Source: an uncultured Candidatus Saccharibacteria bacterium (lineage in GTDB: Bacteria > Patescibacteriota > Minisyncoccia > Phycocordibacterales > JAKAEA01). Taken from it: a stretch of DNA of 64,000 bases. Below are positions 1 through 9,229 of this stretch, piece by piece (the first letter of the stretch is position 1; each line of letters opens with the position of its first letter). The notes under the pieces were generated by a model that was not told the DNA's origin, ran no database searches, and saw nothing but the letters and a program-made list of their open reading frames with translations. The stretch is from assembly GCA_964467325.1 (NCBI GenBank), contig CAYXSG010000001.1, positions 8,953-72,952 on the forward strand, in the 5' to 3' direction. The translations under genes were made by a program, and so were the position numbers.

Positions 1-338
1 AAGTTAATTCATATCTTAGTTGCAATGGTGTTTCAGCCACAAATAATGTAGTCCATTCGCTAAAGAATGTTTCCTTGGAAGATTTTCAGTTGGAAATGAA
101 AAATTCTCTTCCAGAAATTCTAAACAGTTGTTCAGAAACTGTTCAAAATATTGACAATTCTCCATTGCCCGACAAAAATTATACTGTTGATGAAACTTAT
201 GGATTCACAATAAATACAACACCAAATAATTACATCATTCTATTCCTAATTGTTTTTCTAGGCTCTTGTGCAATCCTCCCCGTTATTAGAGAAGGTATCA
301 AATTCTTTAAAAGTGGTTTCTCTTATTTTGGAGAATAA
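1..338 (+). CDS. hypothetical protein, 3' fragment (ORF open to the window edge); AT-rich
   Basis: Frame of the 75..338 ORF has no stop back to position 3; AT-rich codon usage; hydrophobic C-terminal segment. Confidence 0.3.
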   Translation, partial: VNSYLSCNGVSATNNVVHSLKNVSLEDFQLEMKNSLPEILNSCSETVQNIDNSPLPDKNYTVDETYGFTINTTPNNYIILFLIVFLGSCAILPVIREGIKFFKSGFSYFGE

Positions 339-434
339 CTATTCCGAAAATAGGGGTCAGGCACATTTTGTTCGATTAAATTCCAAGATCTGACCGGTTG
401 GGAAGTTTCAGGGACTTTTGTTATAATTCCTTGT

Positions 435-644
435 ATGATTCTCTTTATATTTTTTCTATTTTTAATATATTTCATTCCGACCATCATCGCTTTTTCTAAA
501 GGTAAAAGGAACAAAGGGGCAATATTCGCTTTAAATTTATTTCTCGGACTTACTTTTATAGGTTGGATAATTTCTCTTGTTTGGGCCCTTACTCAGGATG
601 GTATAGTTGTTGTTTCAAAAGAAAACACTATAAATACTAAATAA
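435..644 (+). CDS. Small two-TM membrane protein, superinfection-immunity (Imm, PF14373)-like
   Basis: Motif FIPTIIAFSKGKRNKGAIFALNLFLGLTFIGWIISLVWAL matches the Imm_superinfect family signature; AT-rich locus. Confidence 0.55.
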   Translation: MILFIFFLFLIYFIPTIIAFSKGKRNKGAIFALNLFLGLTFIGWIISLVWALTQDGIVVVSKENTINTK

Positions 645-902
645 ATGGAAAACATACCAAATTTTGAAAATAGAGAAAGAGAAGCGGAGATTGATAAGTT
701 GATTGGTGAACTTGCGGAAAAAGAGGAAATGAATCCGGAAGATGTTTTGTCTGATATTATCACTTTCGCGCCAGTAGAAGGAAATGAAGATCCGAATCTT
801 GAATATTTGGACATGGTGGCGGAAAAGATTGGGATTTCTCATGAGGAGATGCGGGAGTATGCGGTGAAGAAATGGGAGGAAGCACAAAATGAACATGAAT
901 AA
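645..902 (+). CDS. hypothetical acidic protein
   Basis: 85-aa ORF contiguous with the upstream gene; no recognisable domain. Confidence 0.35.
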   Translation: MENIPNFENREREAEIDKLIGELAEKEEMNPEDVLSDIITFAPVEGNEDPNLEYLDMVAEKIGISHEEMREYAVKKWEEAQNEHE

Positions 903-1455
903 AAAAATATTATATTGGGCCATTGGCGGTGTTGTTGGGGTTGTTGTGATTGGGATTTTTCTCGCACAGCCTTTTAGGAAAAATGTTGCGGTGACAGATG
1001 TTGACATGGCTGGCCCAAAGAATGCGACTTATGAAATTGATGGAAAACCTGTCACACTTGTTGACGGTGTGTCTGTCGTTGCTGCAGCGCCCGGCTCGGC
1101 GGCAAAAATCACAACTCAATATTTTGGCAACGAAGTGACGCACGATTTTGACGGCGATGGCCGGCCTGACACGGCGTTCATTCTGACGCAAAACACGGGC
1201 GGCAGCGGCACGTTTTTCTATGTTGTGGCGGCGTTAAACAAACCATCCGGTTTTGTCGGTTCAAAAGGTTTTCTTCTGGGCGACCGAATTGCGCCTCAAA
1301 CAACCGAAATTTCCAGGGATTTAAATAAAAATGTGCTAATCGTAAACTATGCAGACAGGAAAACCGGAGAAAGTTTTGCTGTGATGCCGTCGGTTGGAAA
1401 AAGTGTTTGGCTTTTGCTCAATGTTAAGACTGTGCAATTTGAAGAAATTGATTGA
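889..1455 (+). CDS. hypothetical membrane-anchored (signal-anchor) protein
   Basis: N-terminal TM helix followed by a soluble domain; 14-nt overlap with the upstream ORF. Confidence 0.45.
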   Translation: MNMNKKILYWAIGGVVGVVVIGIFLAQPFRKNVAVTDVDMAGPKNATYEIDGKPVTLVDGVSVVAAAPGSAAKITTQYFGNEVTHDFDGDGRPDTAFILTQNTGGSGTFFYVVAALNKPSGFVGSKGFLLGDRIAPQTTEISRDLNKNVLIVNYADRKTGESFAVMPSVGKSVWLLLNVKTVQFEEID

Positions 1456-1514
1456 GCGCATTTTTATTTTTGCTATAATCATTCGGCGGGAGCTAGCGAT
1501 AATAAAATTCTAAA

Positions 1515-1979
1515 ATGCCTGAACCGAAAATTGGTGTTGATTATGTGGGCGTGACAACGCCGTTTTACTGCCACGACGGAAAGGGAAATTTGCTTTTGCA
1601 TAAACGCAGCAAAGCCTGCCGAGACGAACATGGGCGCTGGGATGCTGGTTCGGGCAAACTTGAACACAATCTTTCCTTGGAAGAAAATGTTTTGCAAGAG
1701 GTTTTAGAAGAATACGGTTGCAAAGGAAAAATTCAAGATAGACTTCCAGCGCATGATATTTTTCGGGAGCAAAATGGCCTCATGACGCATTGGGTGGCGG
1801 TTTCTTTTTTCATCAAGGTCAATCCTAAAGAGGTGAAAAACTGCGAGCCGCACAAGATTGAAGAGCTGGGCTGGTTTACTTTGGATAATTTGCCGGAGCC
1901 GCTTCACACCGGTTTTGCGCAATCTTTAAAAACCTACAAAGCTTATTTTGATAAAAACATAAAAGGGAAAGTTTCATGA
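1515..1979 (+). CDS. NUDIX hydrolase
   Basis: Nudix box-like GKLEHNLSLEENVLQEVLEEYG (Gx5Ex7REUxEExGU pattern). Confidence 0.65.
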   Translation: MPEPKIGVDYVGVTTPFYCHDGKGNLLLHKRSKACRDEHGRWDAGSGKLEHNLSLEENVLQEVLEEYGCKGKIQDRLPAHDIFREQNGLMTHWVAVSFFIKVNPKEVKNCEPHKIEELGWFTLDNLPEPLHTGFAQSLKTYKAYFDKNIKGKVS

Positions 1980-2386
1980 AAATCTTCATCATTTGCAGCA
2001 AAAGGTTTTACGGCAATATTCCGGAAATTCAAAAAGTTTTGGAGAAAAACGGCCACAAAATAACTTTGCCGAATTGCTATGAAGATCCGGCGACGGAAGA
2101 CCGGAAACGCAATCTTGGACGGAAAGCTCACGCAAAATGGAAAGCGGAAATGCTGAATAATAGCGCGAAAGTGATGGGTAAGCAGGACGCCGTACTCGTT
2201 TTAAACTTTGAAAAAGATGGCATGAAAAATTATGTTGGCGGCGCAACGTTTTTGGAAATGTATGATGCGTTCCGACTGGGCAAGAAAATTTTCCTTTACA
2301 ATGACATTCCGGAAGGGATTCTTAAGGACGAAATTGTCGGATTTAACCCTGTGATCATCGGCGGCAATTTGAAAAAAATTAAGTGA
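1976..2386 (+). CDS. nucleoside 2-deoxyribosyltransferase-like (Rossmann) protein
   Basis: Pattern KIFIICS...DAVLVLNFEKDG...VGGATFLEMYDAFRLGKKIFL resembles the Nuc_deoxyri_tr2 family; ATGA overlap with the NUDIX gene. Confidence 0.4.
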   Translation: MKIFIICSKRFYGNIPEIQKVLEKNGHKITLPNCYEDPATEDRKRNLGRKAHAKWKAEMLNNSAKVMGKQDAVLVLNFEKDGMKNYVGGATFLEMYDAFRLGKKIFLYNDIPEGILKDEIVGFNPVIIGGNLKKIK

Positions 2387-2882
2387 GAACTTCTTTCTTC
2401 CAAGAATAGTAAATGGCAAGGGCTGAGCCGACGGAAATGAAAGTGAGACCAGAGTTGTAAATAATTGAGGCAATAAAGGAGGCGTTTTGAAGCTGACCGA
2501 GACTAGATAGAATATAATTCCAATCGTGAATTACGGAATCGCCGCCAAGAAGTTCAAGCTGCATTTTTGCCGCGTCGGCAGCGTAGATGGAAACGTTTAA
2601 AAGATTTTGGCCGACCCAAAGCAGGCAGAGTGCGCCGGAAATTTTTTGATTTTTGCAGAAAAAGTAAATTGAAATCAGGAGCGGCAAAGCAACCTGAAAG
2701 GCGCTGCCGGCCAAGACGTTTACGAACATGCCAAAAACGGAAGAAGGAAAAATGCTGTGCCCGGCCTCATGAAAGATGAGGTTTGCGCTGTCAATTATGG
2801 TGTGCCATTTTGTGTAGGTTTGGACGTAATACCAAAAATAGGCGCACACAACGAGGCTCATCATTACGCGAAAATATTTCAT
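2379..2882 (-). CDS. membrane protein with HExxH motif (putative zincin peptidase, DUF3267-like)
   Basis: Multi-TM protein; FHEAGHSIF HExxH motif embedded in hydrophobic context. Confidence 0.45.
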   Translation of the reverse strand: MKYFRVMMSLVVCAYFWYYVQTYTKWHTIIDSANLIFHEAGHSIFPSSVFGMFVNVLAGSAFQVALPLLISIYFFCKNQKISGALCLLWVGQNLLNVSIYAADAAKMQLELLGGDSVIHDWNYILSSLGQLQNASFIASIIYNSGLTFISVGSALAIYYSWKKEVLT

Positions 2883-3028
2883 CGTTAATATAATTATAGC
2901 AAAAGCTCTTCAGTTTTTCTTTATTTTTATTTTAAAAAGATTTTAACCCCTGTGTGAAAGAATGGCGGAAGAGCCGCGCTATGTGGCGCAGCGAAGGTCT
3001 TTAGTAATTCTCTCGAAAGGAGAATGGT

Positions 3029-3631
3029 ATGAAACGGTTCTGCTTTTTGGCGGCGGTTCTATTTTTCGCGGCAATGTCTGGAGTTCGGCCAGCTTCGGCA
3101 AGCATCATCTGGAGCGACGGCTTTGAGTCGGGGAATTTCTCGGCTTGGAGCGCCACCTCCGGAGGTTGGACGGTGGTCACTTCCACGCTCGCGGCTCATT
3201 CGGGCCTCAAAGGTGCAGACGTGAAAGGCGCGAGTTTGGCAAATGGCGACATGCTTGCTGTTTCGGTTTCTTCTGCGGGCAGCGAAAATTTGCACTGGCA
3301 ATATTGGTTCAAAGTGCGCGATGCGCTTGAATCGGCTGATTCGGTTTTTGCCGAATGGACAGCAAATGGCGCCGACTGGCAAACTTTGACGCAATACACG
3401 AACGTGGCGACGGGCGATTGGCAATTTGCCGATTTCACTTTGCCGATTGGGGCGAACAATAATCCAAACTTAGGATTTCGTTTTCGCGCCACGCTCGGCA
3501 GCGCGACCGACCGAATGAATTTCGACGACGCCGCACTTTCCGGCACGCCGATTGCGGCTGTACCTGAGCCGTCAAGTTTGCTTGGTCTTGGCGTCTCAGC
3601 CTCTTTGCTCTTTTTCCGCCGGCGGAAATAA
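3029..3631 (+). CDS. PEP-CTERM sorting domain secreted protein
   Basis: Signal peptide; C-terminus VPEPSSLLGLGVSASLLFFRRRK (PEP motif + TM + basic tail); RBS AAAGGAG upstream. Confidence 0.7.
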   Translation: MKRFCFLAAVLFFAAMSGVRPASASIIWSDGFESGNFSAWSATSGGWTVVTSTLAAHSGLKGADVKGASLANGDMLAVSVSSAGSENLHWQYWFKVRDALESADSVFAEWTANGADWQTLTQYTNVATGDWQFADFTLPIGANNNPNLGFRFRATLGSATDRMNFDDAALSGTPIAAVPEPSSLLGLGVSASLLFFRRRK

Positions 3632-3654
3632 TTTCGCGATTGTTCTGTGTTATT

Positions 3655-3689
3655 AAGACTTGGTTGGCGCTGCCACCAAGTCTTTTTTT
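3655..3689 (+). terminator. rho-independent terminator
   Basis: AAGACTTGGT-loop-ACCAAGTCTT hairpin followed by TTTTTTT. Confidence 0.6.
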
Positions 3690-3694
3690 ATAAT

Positions 3695-3723
3695 AAAAAA
3701 CTGCCCGACAACAAGTCGGGCAG
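3695..3723 (-). terminator. rho-independent terminator for the minus-strand gene 3767..4150
   Basis: CTGCCCGAC-aacaa-GTCGGGCAG hairpin with a T-run on the minus strand. Confidence 0.55.
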
Positions 3724-3766
3724 CTAGGCAAGATGCTTGGCTTGGCACCTTGCCTAAGCGGGGAAT

Positions 3767-4150
3767 TCAGGCAGCGCGCTTGCGCTTTCGCTCGGGGAAA
3801 ATGCTTTGACCATCGGCAGTTTTGATTCTGTTGATCGCGGCTCGAAGCTGGCGAATCAGCAGTTCCTTCCTGCTCGTCTTGGGATAGATTTTCCGCGCGA
3901 GTGAGTTTGTATCGTCCCTGATCCAAACTTCATACTCAAGACCGCCGTCTTCAATGCTGTTGTGGAAGACGGCGAGGTCCTTCTCCTCACATCGCCAAAC
4001 GTCGATATAACTGCCGTTTGGTTTGGAGCGGACCTGAATGAGTTGTGATGCGTCGAGAGCATTGGCCGCAGCTCGATTTGTACGCAAACCAATCGGTCTG
4101 AGTAGAAGCTGCGGACGGTCACGAAGCGACATTGCTTTGGGCATTTTTGG
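3767..4150 (-). CDS. hypothetical protein
   Basis: Internal Met of the 260-aa ORF preceded by strong SD (AAAGGAGG, 6 nt); the upstream part of the long ORF is low-complexity antisense shadow. Confidence 0.45.
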   Translation of the reverse strand, partial: PKMPKAMSLRDRPQLLLRPIGLRTNRAAANALDASQLIQVRSKPNGSYIDVWRCEEKDLAVFHNSIEDGGLEYEVWIRDDTNSLARKIYPKTSRKELLIRQLRAAINRIKTADGQSIFPERKRKRAA

Positions 4151-4373
4151 TGCCTCCTTTCTTCTGATGGTTAAACTAAACCAAAAACCGGATTTTGGCA
4201 AGAGCAAGCTTTTAGTGTATAGTGCATGGATGGCAAAACGAATGGCGGTAAATACGAAGAATAAAGCGTCGCGGTCCAGAAAAACGAAAAAGCGCCTTGA
4301 AATCAAGCGCGCCATGCTCGCGGCGAAGAAAAAGTGATACAATGTTTGTATTAGCAATAATATAGGAATAATC

Positions 4374-4592
4374 ATGTCAAACGAACTTGAGCATTTGGAG
4401 CAGGAAGAGGAAAAAATAGAAAGAGAGATTGAAGAAGTAAAAAAAGATGAAATGGAAGCAAGAAGTAAAGAAGTAAAACTCGGAGTAGATTTGCAAAAAG
4501 TTAAACAGGAACAGTTTGCACTTAAACAAAGACAATTGGCTGAAGACAAGAGAAAGATGGAAGAAGATCAGAAAAAAAGAAAAGCCGCTTAA
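4374..4592 (+). CDS. K/E-rich coiled-coil small protein (hypothetical)
   Basis: Charged heptad-like repeats; no SD. Confidence 0.3.
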   Translation: MSNELEHLEQEEEKIEREIEEVKKDEMEARSKEVKLGVDLQKVKQEQFALKQRQLAEDKRKMEEDQKKRKAA

Positions 4593-4596
4593 TTTT

Positions 4597-4920
4597 ATGG
4601 AAAACTTTGAAAAAGGTCCGGAACAGATTCCGACAAAAGAAGAGGTGATGGAAGTTATTGGGCGTTTAGTGGAAAATGCTGTAGTTGCTCGTGAATTGTC
4701 TGATGAGCAAGGTTTGTATCTGCTTGAAGCCAGAGTTGAAGGCAAAGAAAAAGGTGAAGTCACGGAATATGGCTATATGAGAAAAGGTCGTTTTCCAAAT
4801 CATAACGAAGCTTCAGAAACTGCAATTAACGTCGTTTATTACCAAGATGAAATGCCTGTGGGCGGAGATAAGGTGGCTGTTTACAATTCTGAAACAGACG
4901 AGTGGGAAGTAGCAAAATAA
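4597..4920 (+). CDS. hypothetical protein
   Basis: Internal Met (MENFEKGPEQ) of the 4516..4920 ORF, after the stop of the upstream ORF. Confidence 0.35.
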   Translation: MENFEKGPEQIPTKEEVMEVIGRLVENAVVARELSDEQGLYLLEARVEGKEKGEVTEYGYMRKGRFPNHNEASETAINVVYYQDEMPVGGDKVAVYNSETDEWEVAK

Positions 4921-4926
4921 TTTTTT

Positions 4927-6027
4927 ATGGTTTTCAGGAGAATTGTCGGCTGGTATGAAAAGTACGAGCGACTCGTGTCGTCCGTTTCGCTCGTGGGCGG
5001 TTTCGTCTTTGACGCGATTTTTCTCAAGCGTGTGGATTTGTTCATTGAAAATTTCTGGATTGTCGTGCATCTTTCCATGGCCGCTGTCGGCATTATTGGG
5101 CTCAATATCGTGGAAAAGCGCCGGACGCAAAGCGCGGAAGGCCAGCAAAGTAAAAGCCGCTGGCATTTCTGGCTCATCATTTGGACGCAGTTTGCCTTCG
5201 GCGGCTTGCTTGCGGCCTTTTTGGTTTTCTATTTTCGCAGCACGACTTTTCTGGTCAACTGGCCATTCATCTTCATTTTGGCTGTAGCTTTTGCCGCCAA
5301 TGAAATTTTCAAGAAGCATTATGTTCGGCTGAGCTTTCAAATCAGCTTGTTTTTTCTTTCGGTTTACGCTTTTGCCATCTTTCTCGTGCCGATTCTCATG
5401 CACCGGATCGGCGCTGACGTGTTCGTTATAAGCGGTGCGGCGAGCCTTTTTGTCCTCGGTTTGTTTTTGGCCGGCTTGCGCTTCATTGCCAGAGAGCGCT
5501 TCGTCCAGAGCCGGAAAATTTTATGGTTTAGCATCGCTGGCATCGTCCTCGTGGTGAACTTTTTATATTTTGCCAACTTGATTCCACCGATTCCGATTTC
5601 GCTCAAAGACGCTGGCATTTATCATTCTGTTTTAAAAAACTCAGCCGGAGGCTACACTGCGACAGAGGAAAATCAAACCTGGCTTGGTATTTTTAAGCAA
5701 TATGAAGACTTTAATGATTTTTCCAACGCGCCGGTTTATGCTTACACCGCAATTTTTTCGCCGACCAATTTCGGCGTCAGCGTCATCCACGATTGGCAAT
5801 ATTATGACGAAACAAAAAAGCAATGGATTTCGGTAAGTAAAATTAGACTGCCGATTGTTGGCGGACGAGACGGCGGCTATCGCACCTACTCCAAAAAGAG
5901 CGGCATTTTTCCTGGTCTTTGGCGTGTGGATGTGAAAACTATAGGCGGCCAGCTCATCGGCCGCTTGAAATTCAACGTCATAGAATCTTCTGCACAGCCT
6001 GCGCTTTCCGAAGTTCGGCTGGAATAG
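4927..6027 (+). CDS. hypothetical polytopic membrane protein with C-terminal extracytoplasmic domain
   Basis: About 6 predicted TM helices followed by a roughly 150-aa soluble domain. Confidence 0.5.
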   Translation: MVFRRIVGWYEKYERLVSSVSLVGGFVFDAIFLKRVDLFIENFWIVVHLSMAAVGIIGLNIVEKRRTQSAEGQQSKSRWHFWLIIWTQFAFGGLLAAFLVFYFRSTTFLVNWPFIFILAVAFAANEIFKKHYVRLSFQISLFFLSVYAFAIFLVPILMHRIGADVFVISGAASLFVLGLFLAGLRFIARERFVQSRKILWFSIAGIVLVVNFLYFANLIPPIPISLKDAGIYHSVLKNSAGGYTATEENQTWLGIFKQYEDFNDFSNAPVYAYTAIFSPTNFGVSVIHDWQYYDETKKQWISVSKIRLPIVGGRDGGYRTYSKKSGIFPGLWRVDVKTIGGQLIGRLKFNVIESSAQPALSEVRLE

Positions 6028-6041
6028 GGTATAATGTTTCC

Positions 6042-7019
6042 ATGATTCAGCCTCAATCTCCAAAGGACAAAGCTTTTATGATTGTCTCGGGAGTGATTGC
6101 TTTTGTAATTATCGGCGGCAGTTTGTATTTTTATTTGTATTCTCAAAAAAAGCAGGACGCGGACAGTGCACTTATCAATTCGCTCAAAGATTCTTTGGAC
6201 GCTTCGTCGCCGCAGCTTCAGCTCCACTCAAGCCTTCTCAAAGCTCAGGCCAATCTCCAAATGCAAACCAATCGCTTGACCGATATGCAAAACGCGCTCA
6301 TTACCCAACAGCAATTTTCTTCGGCAATGAAAAGCGGCTATGACATTGTGGACAGCGCTGTGAAAAAAACTGATGTCATTTCCAAAAAAATCCAAGATGA
6401 AGTGACGACGAAGCGTCAGCAGGTGACTGACGCGCTCAATCTGTGGAAAGATTTGATTGCAAGAACTCCCAAAGATGGCGCCACCGACGAAGTACGTGCT
6501 TTGGCTCAAGCTTATGCTGAAACCGCGCAATCGTATCTGGCCGAACTTCAGGATGTGGTTGATAATCTTACGCCGGAAACTTCTGGTTTGACGCAAAGCC
6601 AGATTGATTCTTACGTAGCGCTGGTGCAAGACGCTTCGCGGTCGGTTGACAGCGTGGTTCAAACTTTGTTGCCGCCCCCGCCGCCAGCAGCACCGCAAAC
6701 CACCGTCGTGGTTGCGGCCGGCAATGATTACGTGCCGCCAGCCCCAATTGTGACGCCGGTGGCGCCGGCGGACGTTGTACACCAGGAGACAGTGGTGGCT
6801 GATGCTCAAAACCAAGTGGAAATTTTGCAGGATCAGATTAATCAAGAGCAACAAGCATCTTCTACCAATCAAAATCCGCCACCACCGCCGGCCGGAAACG
6901 GGCAACAAGACATTTACACCACGCCGTATTCCGACTATTCCACCGCGCAAGGGATTGTCACTCAGCCGGGAGACCCAGAGCTTGTGCCAGGTGCCAACCG
7001 CTACGACAATCCGCAGTAA
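6042..7019 (+). CDS. membrane-anchored coiled-coil / proline-rich protein (hypothetical)
   Basis: Start MIQPQSPKDKAF...; one TM helix; Q-rich coiled coil; PPPPP tracts; TATAAT 8 nt upstream of ATG (leaderless-like). Confidence 0.45.
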   Translation: MIQPQSPKDKAFMIVSGVIAFVIIGGSLYFYLYSQKKQDADSALINSLKDSLDASSPQLQLHSSLLKAQANLQMQTNRLTDMQNALITQQQFSSAMKSGYDIVDSAVKKTDVISKKIQDEVTTKRQQVTDALNLWKDLIARTPKDGATDEVRALAQAYAETAQSYLAELQDVVDNLTPETSGLTQSQIDSYVALVQDASRSVDSVVQTLLPPPPPAAPQTTVVVAAGNDYVPPAPIVTPVAPADVVHQETVVADAQNQVEILQDQINQEQQASSTNQNPPPPPAGNGQQDIYTTPYSDYSTAQGIVTQPGDPELVPGANRYDNPQ

Positions 7020-7051
7020 TTTAAAAATAAAAGGTATAATAAAGTCACGAC

Positions 7052-7477
7052 ATGAAAAATCACCACTGGTACAGAGTTTTGCGAAAGCCGTCGTGGGCGC
7101 CGTCGGAGCGACTGTTTGCGCCGGTGTGGGCTGTGCTCTACCTCCTCATAGCGATTTCTTTCGGTTACGTCGGTTGGCTTTTTTTCAAGCATGAAATTTT
7201 GCCGGCCATCGCTTTCGTTTTCCTTTTAAATCTTGCCTTAAACTTGGCTTTCACGCCGATTCTGTTTGGCTTTCACCATCTCGGTTTAGCTTCGGTTGAT
7301 GTTTTTCTGACATTGGTTACGCTCGCTCTTTGCATGATTCTCATTTATCCTTTTGCCCCGTGGGTGGCACTTGTCAACATTCCATATTTGCTTTGGACCG
7401 CTTTCGCCACTGTCTTGCAGTTTAGAATTACGGCTCTAAACAGGGAAGAGCGACAAGCCGAATTCTCATTCGTATGA
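7052..7477 (+). CDS. tspO: TspO/MBR family (tryptophan-rich sensory protein)
   Basis: N-terminal WYRVLRKPSWAPSERLFAPVWAVLYLLIAISFGYV matches the TspO/MBR signature; 5 TM helices. Confidence 0.65.
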   Translation: MKNHHWYRVLRKPSWAPSERLFAPVWAVLYLLIAISFGYVGWLFFKHEILPAIAFVFLLNLALNLAFTPILFGFHHLGLASVDVFLTLVTLALCMILIYPFAPWVALVNIPYLLWTAFATVLQFRITALNREERQAEFSFV

Positions 7478-8550
7478 GCGACGACATTTTATTCCTGATA
7501 GGGTTTCTTTTTGTGGTGCTTTTGGCTTTCACTTTTTCCCATAGCGGCACGCCGGCTCAAAACGTCGGCATTCTTGGAAATATTTCAAGCAATCCGAGCG
7601 GCTCGGTTTATACTACTTCACCGGTGAGCGTTTCAAAAAATTCCGCACCGACGATTTCCTATTTTTCTCAAAGCGCTGGTCCGGTTGGGATGAGTACCAC
7701 TGTCTATGGCACTGGTTTTCTCAAGAGTAACACTGTGCATTTTGGCGCGACCAATGTTTTCGCCAGTTCCGACGACGGCACCACGCTCGTTTTCAAAGTT
7801 CCTTCTCTCCCAGTGCAAACTTGCGTCGGCAATTCTCAAAACTGCGTGATTCCGGCGCAAAATACCCAAACCAATTTGGGCACGTATCAAGTTTTTGTTT
7901 CAAATACTAACGGTCAGAGCAATAATTTATCTTTTACCATCGGCGATTATGGAACCAATTACGGCTTAAGTCGGCCGCAGATTACCAATGTAGTTGGGCC
8001 GCAGAAACTTTTGCCGAACGATTCTGGAGTGTGGTCGATCACAGTCAGCGTTTCAAATCCGACGACGCTCATCGTGTCGGCCGATTGGGGCGATGCCAAC
8101 GTTTCCAACAATGGCGGGTCGGGCACAAGGCGAATCAGTATTTCAAAAACTCAGACGATCGCTTTGAGCCACTCTTACCACACACTCGGCAGCTACAACA
8201 TAAATTTTAACGTGATTGATGATGATTCTTCTTTGGCCACTTCTTACACGCAGCCGGTGACTGTCGTTTACGCGCCGCCGGTGGATGTTTCGCAACTTAA
8301 GATTTCTTATTTGTCACAAGGCTACGGTCCGGCCGGCACGCAGATTGCTATAATTGGCGGTGGTTTTTCCGCTTCGCCGGTCACCATTCACTTCGGCAGC
8401 ACGGCTTTGCGCGCCACACCGCAAAATTACGGCACCGCGCTCTATTTCAACGTCCCAGCCAATACGCCGGTCGGCTCATATCAAATTTACGTTTCCAACG
8501 ACCTCGGCCAAATCACCGACACAAATTATTTCTCCGTGACGAACCCTTAG
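7474..8550 (+). CDS. secreted/anchored hypothetical protein (beta-rich, possible IPT/TIG-like repeats)
   Basis: N-terminal TM/signal sequence; S/T/N-rich beta-strand composition. Confidence 0.45.
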   Translation: MSDDILFLIGFLFVVLLAFTFSHSGTPAQNVGILGNISSNPSGSVYTTSPVSVSKNSAPTISYFSQSAGPVGMSTTVYGTGFLKSNTVHFGATNVFASSDDGTTLVFKVPSLPVQTCVGNSQNCVIPAQNTQTNLGTYQVFVSNTNGQSNNLSFTIGDYGTNYGLSRPQITNVVGPQKLLPNDSGVWSITVSVSNPTTLIVSADWGDANVSNNGGSGTRRISISKTQTIALSHSYHTLGSYNINFNVIDDDSSLATSYTQPVTVVYAPPVDVSQLKISYLSQGYGPAGTQIAIIGGGFSASPVTIHFGSTALRATPQNYGTALYFNVPANTPVGSYQIYVSNDLGQITDTNYFSVTNP

Positions 8551-8577
8551 TCGTTTGATACAATATTTATAAATCAC

Positions 8578-9213
8578 ATGAAACAATCTCGCCTTGACTC
8601 TCTTTCGGACGGCATTTTCGCAATCATTCTGACGCTCATGACTTTTGAATTCAAGATTCCTTTCATGGCTGGCATGGTCAATGATGAAAAACTTTGGACG
8701 GCGCTCACCACACTCTGGCCGGTTTTCCTCAGCTTCATTTTGAGTTTTGCTTTGCTTTTCACCTACTGGCATGCGCACCACTACATTGTTTCGGTGTACG
8801 CCAAAAGTGTGGACCGCCGACTCACCAGCATCAATGCCATCTTTTTCTTTTTCATTTCGCTCATTCCTTTTTCCACCAGTCTCATCGGCACCTACAGCCA
8901 AACCAAGCTCGCCATCATTATCTACGCCCTAAACGTTTTGGCCATCGGTTTTTCGCTTTTGTGGATGCGCAGCTACGTTTTGACTTCCGGCCACATTGAT
9001 CACGCATTCGTTTTGGTTTCAGAAAAGCGCCGCGGCTTCATTCGAGTAATTGCGCCCATGACTTTCGCTGTCATTGCCATCATTGCTTGCTTTTACAGCA
9101 CATGGTTTGCTTTTCTCCTTCTCACTTTAGCGACGATTTTCAATTTGTTTTCAAGAAGCACGCGTTTCGTAAACTGGCTCATCAAAAAGACGAAAGAGGA
9201 GATTGCCGGCTAG
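8578..9213 (+). CDS. TMEM175/DUF1211 family putative potassium channel
   Basis: N-terminal RLDSLSDGIFAIILTLMTFEFKIP matches the DUF1211 RxxxFSDGxxAIxxTLLxLE signature; 6 TM helices. Confidence 0.65.
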   Translation: MKQSRLDSLSDGIFAIILTLMTFEFKIPFMAGMVNDEKLWTALTTLWPVFLSFILSFALLFTYWHAHHYIVSVYAKSVDRRLTSINAIFFFFISLIPFSTSLIGTYSQTKLAIIIYALNVLAIGFSLLWMRSYVLTSGHIDHAFVLVSEKRRGFIRVIAPMTFAVIAIIACFYSTWFAFLLLTLATIFNLFSRSTRFVNWLIKKTKEEIAG

Positions 9214-9229
9214 CTTTTTAATTGAGAGA

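Noticed and set aside
4233-4337. Small basic plus-strand ORF (MAVNTKNKASRSRKTKKRLE...) with faint resemblance to the ribosomal protein bL32 N-terminus
   Set aside because: Only 31-35 aa, no SD, lacks the bL32 C-terminal region. Likely chance.
3767-4549. 260-aa minus-strand ORF
   Set aside because: Only the 3' 128 codons (3767-4150) look genuine, with a strong AAAGGAGG SD before the internal ATG. The 5' half is Ser/Phe low-complexity translation antisense to the K/E-rich plus-strand ORF 4374-4592.
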